57,290 nucleotides of DNA, taken from positions 1-57,290 of the forward strand of contig JZWU02000007.1 of assembly GCA_000960865.2 (NCBI GenBank), given 5' to 3'. Position 1 is the first letter of the stretch. The number at the start of each line of letters is the position of its first letter. Below, in pieces: positions 30,737-39,656 of this stretch. Origin of the DNA: Vulcanisaeta sp. AZ3. Lineage in GTDB: Archaea; Thermoproteota; Thermoprotei; Thermoproteales; Thermocladiaceae. The notes under the pieces were generated by a model. That model saw only the letters and a list, made by a program, of their open reading frames with translations. It was not told the DNA's origin and ran no database searches. Both the position numbers and the translations under genes were made by a program.

Positions 30737-31057
30737 TATTATTACCCATAGTACTTAACGATACTATACCAATTCATTCCTCCGTAGATTTAAAGCCAAG
30801 TTACCTTTATCATAACTATGATGCCCTCCCAATTAATAGACATTGAAAGCCCTGTGGTTAGTATTACTCCCCTCTAGATGATGTGCCAAACCTTCATGTC
30901 TGACTAAGCTGCGTTTAAACCATTTAATAACTAATTTGATTTCATGTGAGGTAACTCATTCTTAAAACATGAGCTTAGCCAAACTGTAATCACCTAAGTA
31001 ATTTATCCAAGTTCTCGGTGTAATACATCCATAATCATATAGGTTAAAGGTGATGTT

Positions 31058-31393
31058 TTTCTTAACGAATGATGGTTTGAATAAATAAGGCCATCAACGT
31101 CTTTAGGGCTCGGTATTGCTAAAGCACTACCTGATCTCGAAAATGCTAAATCTATTAAGGATGCATTGTGCGAATCAATTAAGTACGCCATGAACCATTC
31201 TGATGAAGCATTGAGGTATGCTATGAATTTTGCCAGAGGTTTGGATATAAGTGATACAAGAAGGTTCGTGAACATGTACGTGAATGAATACACAATGGAC
31301 ATGAGTATTGAGGGCGAAAAAGCAATTAAGACTTTATTAGAATGGGGCGCTGATGAGAAAATAGTACCTAAGACTCAAGTAGTATTTGTGTAA
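31058..31393 (+). pseudogene. mqnD: 3' remnant of an MqnD-like 1,4-dihydroxy-6-naphthoate synthase
   Basis: FLNE*WFE*IRPSTSLGLGIA...ESIKYA...FVNMYVNEYT; in-frame stops at 31070 and 31082. Confidence 0.7.
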
Positions 31394-31512
31394 TAATGTA
31401 GCCCTCATAATAAATGCTAAAAATGCATTCTACTTTTGACGGAGTTTCTCATGATAATTATTTAAGAATATATACAAATCTTTTTATGCAATACTGAATC
31501 ACGTATTATTGC

Positions 31513-31941
31513 ATGTCCAGAGTACGTGAGATAATATTCTACGGTAGGAGCGGAGATAATCTTCAAAGTGTTACAGATAAGTTAGTTCAGAGCTTAATAA
31601 AGCGTGGCCTCTACGTAACTGCATATTCTGACTATGATCCAGAGAGAAGAGAAAGTGTTGCTAAGGTGCATGTGAGGATTGCTGATGGCCCCATTGATGT
31701 TAGGGGTCCTGTGATTGCTCCGGAGATTGCTGTTTTTATGGATTTTAGGTTGCTTAGTCGGGCTGTTGAGGCATCTAGTGTTAGGAAGTTAATTGTTAAT
31801 GCTCCTAATAGGGAGTTGGTGGCTAAGTATATTAGTAATAACGCTGAGGTACATACAATAAACCTATACAGCCTAATTAAGACTGGCAATGATTATACAA
31901 GCCCATTAATCGACACCATAATAAAAACCCTCAATACCTAG
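31513..31941 (+). CDS. Stand-alone 2-oxoacid:ferredoxin oxidoreductase gamma-subunit-like protein
   Basis: [10 protein letters not shown] and YDPERR...HVRI resemble PorC EIRFHGRGG and FGAERRG. Confidence 0.7.
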   Translation: MSRVREIIFYGRSGDNLQSVTDKLVQSLIKRGLYVTAYSDYDPERRESVAKVHVRIADGPIDVRGPVIAPEIAVFMDFRLLSRAVEASSVRKLIVNAPNRELVAKYISNNAEVHTINLYSLIKTGNDYTSPLIDTIIKTLNT

Positions 31942-31961
31942 CCCCATTCTATGCTGGTGTT

Positions 31962-32843
31962 ATGCTTTTCCTAACTATTTGGTATACACGGACAGAAAGG
32001 GCAACTGCTAATGGTCTATTTACTACTGCAGCACCTCTTTCTGGGGTTATTGGGGGTTTGATAGCTGGTGCTATTTTTGCGTTTTATGGTAATTATCTAG
32101 GTTGGCGCTATCTCTTTTGGTATGAAGGGGCCTTGGCATTGATAGGGGCATTAATGGCATACTTCCTACTAACAGACCTCCCACACCAAGCCAAGTGGTT
32201 AAGTGAGGAGGAGAAGGAAGAACTTGCGAGGGCTAAGGCTGAGGAGGAAACTCAACAGTTAAAGGTCAAGTGGACCAAGGCACTAGCCAATAGGAATGTT
32301 ATACTGTTGGCAATTGTTTATTTCCTTGGCGAAACTGGCTTCTATGGCTATGCAATTTGGTTGCCAAGTATTATAAAGGTTATAGCTTCGGTCAGTGCTA
32401 GTCTTGCAAGCTATCTCTCAGCATTAACCGCTGCAGTTGCTGTAATTTCATTACCTTTCATAGCTAGATATGCTGATAGGAAACAAAATCATAAGTTCCT
32501 TACGGTGTTAATACTCATAATCACTGCGATAAGCCTGGTATTAAGTGCATTAACCAAAGAAATCTTCGTGTTATCCTTTATTTTCCTCACAATAGCAGCC
32601 TTAGGAGTATATAATTACCTTCCTCTATTTTGGGCAGTACCTCAAAAGTCTCTTCATGGTGATGCTGCTGCAGCCTCTATAGGCCTTATAAACGCTATAG
32701 GAAATTTGGGAGGAGGAATTGTAGGCCCAATAGTAGTGGGGGCTTTAGAATCCTTAACTGGATCCTTCATGCCTGGAATATACGCCTTGGCATTATTAGT
32801 ATTCTTGGCAGGAATTGTAATGCTCCTCGTCAAATTTAAATAA
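31962..32843 (+). pseudogene. N-terminally truncated MFS transporter (anion:cation symporter-like)
   Basis: Starts at [13 protein letters not shown] (mid-protein); GWRYLF and [11 protein letters not shown]; only 293 aa and abuts the previous gene. Confidence 0.7.
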
Positions 32844-32919
32844 AGAATAAAAAATTAATACAACGATTAGATTAAAATCATAGTTTTCTTTTCTTAGCAA
32901 GAATAGTTGGATTAAGAAA

Positions 32920-33660
32920 TTATAGTTTAATGTTTGAGAGTTCTTCGGAAAGATTGGGGTTCCTCATGAGAGCCGTACCGACGAGGATTGCGTTAGAGCC
33001 CTCTCTAGCAAGCCTTATAGCATCTTCGGCATTTCTAATGCCACTCTCGGCAATTATAAGGTCTGCTTTACCTCTAACTAACCTAAGTATTGATATTGTT
33101 CTATCCAGTGATATCGAGAGGTTACCTAGATCTCTTGAATTTATGCCTAGCATTACATTGGGATTTGTGGATATTACGTCAATTGCATCAGCCTCATTAT
33201 CAACCTCAATTAGCGGTTCAAGGCCTTCATTAGCAGCGTAATCCGCAAGATCCCAAAGTTTTTCGTTGAGCAGCCTCTTGATTAGTAGTATTGAGCTGGC
33301 TCCGAGCTCCCGAGCCTCCTTTATCTGCTCCTTACTAATCACAAAGTCCTTATAGAGTATTGGCTTCCCATAGTTGAGAGCTATCTTTATGAATATGGGC
33401 GAGCCGAGAAAGTAAAGAGGCTCCACAAGTATGCTTAGGCCAGTGGCGTACCTACTCACTATGTCGAAGTATGTCCAGGGGTCAAGATCGAGTCTAATAA
33501 TGCCGCTTGGACTAGCCCTCTTATACTCTGCGATTAGGGCTAGGTAGCCCTCGGAATTCCTAACCTTAATGGCTTTAGTCATGCTTGGGGCTTTGGCAGT
33601 TAATTGCATAGTATTGATACGTTTCATGGTGAATTCACTGATGGTGTTTAAGAAATCCAT
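32920..33660 (-). CDS. trpC: Indole-3-glycerol phosphate synthase
   Basis: IAEYKRASPSG, KDF, GINSRDL and AESGI motifs. Confidence 0.95.
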   Translation of the reverse strand: MDFLNTISEFTMKRINTMQLTAKAPSMTKAIKVRNSEGYLALIAEYKRASPSGIIRLDLDPWTYFDIVSRYATGLSILVEPLYFLGSPIFIKIALNYGKPILYKDFVISKEQIKEARELGASSILLIKRLLNEKLWDLADYAANEGLEPLIEVDNEADAIDVISTNPNVMLGINSRDLGNLSISLDRTISILRLVRGKADLIIAESGIRNAEDAIRLAREGSNAILVGTALMRNPNLSEELSNIKL

Positions 33661-33774
33661 CAATTATACCTCAATAGGCTCATTAATAAAGCATTACCTA
33701 ACTACATAGGTTATTAATTGATTATATATCATTATTGGGCTAGTAATTATTAATGAGCATCATATACATAATGT

Positions 33775-33782
33775 TTTTAAAT
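33775..33782 (+). promoter_or_regulatory. TATA box of trpABDFEG
   Basis: TTTTAAAT; uORF ATG starts 28 nt after it, trpA ATG 39 nt after it. Confidence 0.65.
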
Positions 33783-33809
33783 GCCCCAATCCTAAGCTAG
33801 TCGGTGGTT

Positions 33810-33830
33810 ATGGAGCTCCAATGGACATAA
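33810..33830 (+). promoter_or_regulatory. Candidate Trp leader uORF MELQWT* overlapping the trpA start
   Basis: ATG GAG CTC CAA TGG ACA TAA; trpA ATG at 33821 is in the -1 frame. Confidence 0.65.
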
Positions 33831-34540
33831 AGAGACCGGGACTGGGTGCATACATAACAGCCACATACCCGAATAAAACTACGTTTCTAAACGTAATAAG
33901 ATGCCTCTCCAGTGTTTCAGATTTCCTCGAGGTTGGTATACCAACACGTAATCCTAAGTATGACGGACCACTTATTAGAAAGGCTCACTTCGCAGCTGAG
34001 TTGAGTGGTTTAGAGGCAGTTAGTGTAACTAGGTATGGGGGTGTTCCAACGATATTGATGGGTTATGTGGAGGATTATGTGAATAAGCTTGATCAGGTTG
34101 CTGAGGTTGCGGTTAAGGTTGGTGCTGTCTCAATACTCTTTCCAGACTTACTTTTTGAGTATTTGGATAAGGTTGAGGATTATGCAACTGTCATGAAGGA
34201 TTATGGACTCAGACCTAGTTTCTTCGTTTCTAGTAATACGCCTCATAGGATTGTGAGTTCTCTCATTAAGTATGAACCTCTCTTCATATACTTAGGCCTC
34301 TATGCGTCTACAGGCATAAGGTTACCGCTATACATTGAGAGGAATATTAGGGAGGTTAGAAGGTTGGTGGATGGAGTAACTCTAGTGGCGGGCTTCGCCA
34401 TAAATACGCCTGAGATGGTTAGGCTTGTAATAAATGCAGGTGCCGATGCCGTGGTTGTCGGTACCGCACTTATGGATAAGTTAAGTGATGAGAGGAAGTG
34501 TATGGAGTTCATGGAGTACCTAAGGGGTGGTTTACTATGA
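33821..34540 (+). CDS. trpA: Tryptophan synthase alpha chain
   Basis: LEVGIP..NPKYDGP, AGFAI and [10 protein letters not shown] motifs. Confidence 0.92.
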   Translation: MDIKRPGLGAYITATYPNKTTFLNVIRCLSSVSDFLEVGIPTRNPKYDGPLIRKAHFAAELSGLEAVSVTRYGGVPTILMGYVEDYVNKLDQVAEVAVKVGAVSILFPDLLFEYLDKVEDYATVMKDYGLRPSFFVSSNTPHRIVSSLIKYEPLFIYLGLYASTGIRLPLYIERNIREVRRLVDGVTLVAGFAINTPEMVRLVINAGADAVVVGTALMDKLSDERKCMEFMEYLRGGLL

Positions 34541-35790
34541 TGGTTCCTCACTATTGGTACAATATAAATGTAGACCTACCGAGACCCCTACCGCCACCGA
34601 TTGATCCTTACGAGGGCGACTCAAGAATTGCACTGCTCATGAGAATATTACCCAGTGAGTTGTTAGATCAGGAGTTCACAGCGCTTAGGTATGTGCCGAT
34701 ACCTGATGAGGTTAGGGAGCTTTATGCTAGGGTTGGTAGGCCAACGCCTCTCTTCAGGGCTTATGGGCTTGAGAAAGCTTTAGGCACGGGTGTTAGGATT
34801 TACTATAAGTTTGAGGGTGCATTACCAGCGGGTTCACATAAGCTTAACACGGCTCTGGCTCAGGTATATTATGCCCTTAAGGATGGAGCGAGAGAAGTTA
34901 TTACAGAGACGGGTGCTGGCCAGTGGGGGTTGGCTGTTTCTTTAGCATCCTCGCTCCTTGGTGTTAGGGCTACGGTATTCATGACCAAGAACTCCTACTA
35001 CAATAAGAGGGGTAGGGTTCTCTTCATGAAGACGTACGGCGCTAAGGTTTACCCAAGCCCCAGTCAGTTGACGAAGTATGGTAAGGAGGCCCTAAGGGTT
35101 AAGCCGGATCATCCTGGAAGTCTTGGTTTAGCTATTACTGAAGCAATTGAGTACACACTCATGGATGAGGGTAGAAAATACATACCGGGTAGTGTGCTTG
35201 GGTTCGTAGTTCTTCATCAAACAGTCATTGGTCAGGAGGCAATTAGGCAGTTGCCTGAGGAACCAGACCTAGTGATTGGATGCGTTGGCGGTGGCTCTAA
35301 TTTCAGTGGTTTCTCCTTCCCAATGATTGGTGTTAAACTCAGGGGTGAGGGATTTAGTAAGACGAGGTTTCTGGCTGTTGAATCCGAGGCTGCACCTAAA
35401 CTAACAAAGGGTGAGTATGGATATGACTTCCCAGATAGTGGTGGTTTATTACCTATGGTGAAGATGTTAACGCTGGGGCACGACTTCATACCGCCACCAA
35501 CTCATGCCGCTGGACTTAGGTATCACGGAGCTGCGCCAGCCCTGTCCTTATTGGTTAGGGAGGGTATTGTGGAGGCAAGATCTTACGGTCAAGAGGAGGT
35601 TATTGAAGCTGCAAGACTCTTTGCAAGGACCGAGGGGATATTGCCAGCTCCAGAGTCTGCTCATGCTATTAGGGCTGTGATTGATGAGGCAAGAAGGCTA
35701 CCGAGGGGCTCTGTGATAGCTTTCAACTTGTCGGGTCATGGCTTGTTGGATCAGGACTTCTATGAGAAGGTAGTAGGTGATGAGGAGTGA
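34537..35790 (+). CDS. trpB: Tryptophan synthase beta chain, TrpB2 type
   Basis: [21 protein letters not shown] and GLRYHG; ATGA overlap with the trpA stop. Confidence 0.95.
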   Translation: MMVPHYWYNINVDLPRPLPPPIDPYEGDSRIALLMRILPSELLDQEFTALRYVPIPDEVRELYARVGRPTPLFRAYGLEKALGTGVRIYYKFEGALPAGSHKLNTALAQVYYALKDGAREVITETGAGQWGLAVSLASSLLGVRATVFMTKNSYYNKRGRVLFMKTYGAKVYPSPSQLTKYGKEALRVKPDHPGSLGLAITEAIEYTLMDEGRKYIPGSVLGFVVLHQTVIGQEAIRQLPEEPDLVIGCVGGGSNFSGFSFPMIGVKLRGEGFSKTRFLAVESEAAPKLTKGEYGYDFPDSGGLLPMVKMLTLGHDFIPPPTHAAGLRYHGAAPALSLLVREGIVEARSYGQEEVIEAARLFARTEGILPAPESAHAIRAVIDEARRLPRGSVIAFNLSGHGLLDQDFYEKVVGDEE

Positions 35791-36794
35791 GGGATTTACT
35801 GGATAAGGTTGCGAGGAGAGTGCATTTGACGTTTGAGGAGGCCTATGGCGTAGCTAGGGATATGTTGGGTGGTGTTGATGAGGCTTTGGGGGCTGCGGTA
35901 CTGATGGGTCTTAGGGTTAAGGGTGAGGCTGCAGAGGAGATAGCCGGCTTTGCTAAAGCCCTCAGAGATAGTTGTATTAAGATACCACTGGGTGAGGAAC
36001 TCGATAGGTTCATTGATACTGCTGGGACTGGTGGCGATGGTTTTGGAACTCTAAATGCCTCAACAATTGCTGCATTAGTATCAGCGTACTTGGGAGCTCA
36101 CGTGATTAAGCATGGCAATAGGAGTGTGTCCTCAACCTCTGGAAGTGCTGATTTCCTAGAGGCACTGGGCTTCAACATAGAGATTCCGCCGAAGAAGGTC
36201 GCAGAGATGGCCTTGAAGTATAGGTTCTCCTTTGCCTTCGCTCCAGCTTACCATCCAGCAATGCGTAATGTCATGCCAGTAAGGAGGAAGCTTGGTATTA
36301 GGACTATATTTAATCTTATAGGTCCCTTAGCAAACCCGGCATTAGTCACTAGACAGTTAATTGGAGTTGCAGATAGCTCCTTGATTGATGTAATGGCTCA
36401 GGCAGCTATGATGTTGGGTTTCGAGAAAGCTGTGCTTGTGCATGGGGAGCCTGGCATTGATGAGGTTTCGGTCTTCGGCAAGACCATCGTGGTTGAGGTT
36501 AATGGGAGAAGGATTGATAAGTATTTAGTGGAGCCTAGGGATCTTGGGCTTAGGGAGTATAGGATTGAGGATGTCCACGTCAGTAGTCCAAGAGAGAGTG
36601 TGGAGAGGTTTAAGAGAGCTGTTGCTAGTGCTGATTTAGCGTCTAGAGACTTCATTACGGCGAACACAGCCTTTGCCCTCTATGTGGCTGGCATAGTTAG
36701 AGATCTTAAGGATGGTGTTGAGTTAGTTAAGGCTGAGTTTGATGAGGGTGTTTTGGATTACGTGGATGAGTTAGTTAGGGTGAGTAGATCATGA
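35787..36794 (+). CDS. trpD: Anthranilate phosphoribosyltransferase
   Basis: DTAGTGGDG and KHGNRSVSS motifs. Confidence 0.97.
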   Translation: MRDLLDKVARRVHLTFEEAYGVARDMLGGVDEALGAAVLMGLRVKGEAAEEIAGFAKALRDSCIKIPLGEELDRFIDTAGTGGDGFGTLNASTIAALVSAYLGAHVIKHGNRSVSSTSGSADFLEALGFNIEIPPKKVAEMALKYRFSFAFAPAYHPAMRNVMPVRRKLGIRTIFNLIGPLANPALVTRQLIGVADSSLIDVMAQAAMMLGFEKAVLVHGEPGIDEVSVFGKTIVVEVNGRRIDKYLVEPRDLGLREYRIEDVHVSSPRESVERFKRAVASADLASRDFITANTAFALYVAGIVRDLKDGVELVKAEFDEGVLDYVDELVRVSRS

Positions 36795-37423
36795 CTTTCA
36801 TTAAGATCTGTGGTGTAACAAATGTAAGAGATGCTATAATGGTTAGTAAGTATGCGGATTACGTAGGTGTCGTGGTTATGGCTAGGGTTAGGACCCCTAG
36901 ACTTGTGAATAGTAATACTGCCAGGGATATACTGAGTGTGTTGAGCGGGCTTAAACCAGTGGCTGTGGTTGAAGGTTTTGACTTTAAGGAGGCTTTGGAT
37001 TATGTGGTTAAGCTTGGTTTTCCCATAATTCAATACCACGGTTTAATCGATGCAGAAAAATTAAGGGCTGCTCACGATGTGGGGGTTAAGGTAGCTCCTG
37101 TGATTAATTATGATGGGGATGAGGTGTTGCGCGTTAGAGAATTGATTGAGCATGAAGATGTGGAGTACGTGCTCATAGATGCGCCTAAGACCGGCTATAG
37201 GCTCTTTGAGCATGGACTTAAGATACCGATTGATATTGTGAGGAGGTTTAGTGAGATAAGGAAGGTTGGTTTTGCTGGTGGCATAAACCCAGAGAATGTG
37301 CGCTTGGTCCTTAGGTACAAGCCTTACTTAATCGATGTTAGTTCAAGTGTTGAGGAATCCCCTGGTGTTAAGAACGAGATCTTAGTAAGGAGATTGTATG
37401 AGATGGTGAGGAATGGTGGTTAA
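36791..37423 (+). CDS. trpF: Phosphoribosylanthranilate isomerase
   Basis: KICGVT, AGGINPEN and DVSSSVE motifs. Confidence 0.93.
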   Translation: MTFIKICGVTNVRDAIMVSKYADYVGVVVMARVRTPRLVNSNTARDILSVLSGLKPVAVVEGFDFKEALDYVVKLGFPIIQYHGLIDAEKLRAAHDVGVKVAPVINYDGDEVLRVRELIEHEDVEYVLIDAPKTGYRLFEHGLKIPIDIVRRFSEIRKVGFAGGINPENVRLVLRYKPYLIDVSSSVEESPGVKNEILVRRLYEMVRNGG

Positions 37424-38672
37424 GAAGGTACCCTTACAATTCATGCCAAAGCCCAGAGACTTAGTTAGGACCTTAATTAGTAATGGTGAGGATTACGTGA
37501 CATTACTAGAGAGTGGACCAGGCTTTCCGGAGAGAGCTAGGTACACAATCGTTGCTTGGGGTGTTAATGAGGAGCTGAGGGTTGATTGGGATGGAGACCT
37601 CTATAATGAATTACAAGGATTAGTAAGGGGCCTTGGATCCCTTGAATATGGTGATGTGGCCCTTGGATACCTATCCTACGAAGCTACAGCACAGATAGAA
37701 CCTCATTTAACTAAATTATTACCAAGACCTAGTTGGCCTCTGGCGCACTTCTTTAAGCCCTCCAATGTTGTTATTTATGATAACTTTCTTGGTAGGGCTT
37801 ACGTTAAGGGTGAATTACCCAGAGTTGTTAATATTGAGGCTAATGAATTTGAGGCTACCAGTAAAGTCGGAGCCACACCCAAAGAGACATTTATTTCCTG
37901 GGTTGAGAGAGCTCTTGAGGATATTAGGAATGGTGAAGTTTTTCAAATAGTCCTCTCCAGATATGAGGATTACCAGGTCAGAGGTGACTTAGTAACATTG
38001 TATGAGAGGTTGGCTGACTTGAATCCATCGCCATACATGTACTTTATGAAAATGGGTAAGGAGTACATAATTGGCACAAGCCCTGAACTACTCATTAAGG
38101 TGGAGGGTAACCTTGTGGAAACACATCCAATAGCAGGCACGAGACCAAGAGGATTAGATGCTTGGGATGATCTTAGGCTTGAGGATGAATTACTCAATAG
38201 TATTAAGGATAGGGCTGAACATATTATGCTTGTTGATCTAGCTCGTAACGATTTAGGCAAGGTCTGTAGGTTTGGTACAGTGAAGGTTAGGGAATTATAT
38301 GCAGTGGAGAAATATCAAAGTGTTCAACACCTGGTTTCCAGAGTTGAGGGTATTCTCGAGAAGGGTTATAACATAATCGATGCATTATTCGCGACATTCC
38401 CTGCCGGTACCGTAAGCGGCGCCCCTAAGCCTAGAGCCATGGAATTAATTGCGAGATATGAAGAAACTCCAAGGGGGCCCTATGCTGGTGCTCTTGGCAT
38501 TCTCCATAACGATGGAGGTGAATTCGCAATAATAATTAGGTCATTGGTTATCAGGAACGGTATTGCTAGGATCCAAGCTGGAGCTGGAATTGTGTATGAC
38601 TCCATACCTGAACTTGAATTTCAAGAGACCGAGCATAAGCTTGGCTCATTAAAGAGGGTGATGGGGACATGA
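37413..38672 (+). CDS. trpE: Anthranilate synthase component I
   Basis: LLES, NPSPY, PIAGT, EHIMLVDLARND and GAPK motifs. Confidence 0.96.
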   Translation: MVVKKVPLQFMPKPRDLVRTLISNGEDYVTLLESGPGFPERARYTIVAWGVNEELRVDWDGDLYNELQGLVRGLGSLEYGDVALGYLSYEATAQIEPHLTKLLPRPSWPLAHFFKPSNVVIYDNFLGRAYVKGELPRVVNIEANEFEATSKVGATPKETFISWVERALEDIRNGEVFQIVLSRYEDYQVRGDLVTLYERLADLNPSPYMYFMKMGKEYIIGTSPELLIKVEGNLVETHPIAGTRPRGLDAWDDLRLEDELLNSIKDRAEHIMLVDLARNDLGKVCRFGTVKVRELYAVEKYQSVQHLVSRVEGILEKGYNIIDALFATFPAGTVSGAPKPRAMELIARYEETPRGPYAGALGILHNDGGEFAIIIRSLVIRNGIARIQAGAGIVYDSIPELEFQETEHKLGSLKRVMGT

Positions 38673-39253
38673 GTACGGTAGTCATAATAGACAATTATGA
38701 TTCCTTTGTATATAATATAGCCCAGTATGTAGGCGAACTTGGAACCAGGCCCTTGGTTTTTAGGAATGATGAAGTCACAATAAAGGTTATAGAGAGACTT
38801 AGGCCTGATGGCATAATAATATCGCCAGGCCCTGGCAACCCAACAAACCCCAGGGATGTAGGCATCTCGCCAGACGCAGTTAAGTATTTCGCGGGTAGGG
38901 TACCAATACTGGGTATTTGCCTTGGACATCAGATAATTGGTGTTGTGTATGGTGCTAGAATTAGGAGAGCTAGGATGGTAAAGCACGGTAAGACTAGTAC
39001 TATTAGTGTAATCAGAGATTCAAGGGTCTTGAGAGGTTTACCAAGGAGCTTCGAGGGCATGAGGTACCATAGCCTAGTCATTGATAATATTAGTAATCCA
39101 TTAATCGTCACTGCAATATCGACGGATGACAATGAAGTTATGGCAGTAGAACATGCAAGGTATCCTGTGTTCGGTCTTCAATTTCATCCAGAAAGTATTG
39201 GAACGAGGTATGGTAGGGAAATCATAAAGAATTTTATATCTATCCTGACATAG
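38669..39253 (+). CDS. trpG: Anthranilate synthase component II
   Basis: IDNYDSF, SPGPG, GICLGHQ and QFHPES motifs. Confidence 0.97.
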   Translation: MSTVVIIDNYDSFVYNIAQYVGELGTRPLVFRNDEVTIKVIERLRPDGIIISPGPGNPTNPRDVGISPDAVKYFAGRVPILGICLGHQIIGVVYGARIRRARMVKHGKTSTISVIRDSRVLRGLPRSFEGMRYHSLVIDNISNPLIVTAISTDDNEVMAVEHARYPVFGLQFHPESIGTRYGREIIKNFISILT

Positions 39254-39317
39254 GTCCGTATATTTTTAATTATTAATAATTAACAATATTTAAAAATGTT
39301 TAACTACTCGAGCGATA

Positions 39318-39530
39318 ATGCATCGTAATAAGCATTTCCTTAATGATAATGTTGCTTGGATGCTGAGTAAGGCCATGAGGATAATTATTAAGGCTAAGCT
39401 TGGTAAGATCGATATTAATAATGCCCTTGATAGCATTTGGGAGTTGATAATTAATATTGACTATGAACTAAAAGCTCATAAACGTGGTAAAATTACATGT
39501 GACAGTAGGCTCATATTATTATTAAATTGA
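39318..39530 (+). CDS. Small hypothetical protein or gene remnant
   Basis: 70-codon ORF in an AT-rich region; no motif recognised. Confidence 0.3.
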   Translation: MHRNKHFLNDNVAWMLSKAMRIIIKAKLGKIDINNALDSIWELIINIDYELKAHKRGKITCDSRLILLLN

Positions 39531-39656
39531 ATTTAAATATTGCCTTGGTATTTATTAGCCGTCGAATAATTATTCGTTTATGCATAATTCTTAATAATAT
39601 CTTAATCATATATTGATTATATATTAGTTATTTATTAAAATTATTAATTTACATTA

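Noticed and set aside
34498-34536. trpB N-terminal extension from the ORF track
   Set aside because: Overlaps the trpA 3' end; ATGA coupling at 34537 is the more plausible start.
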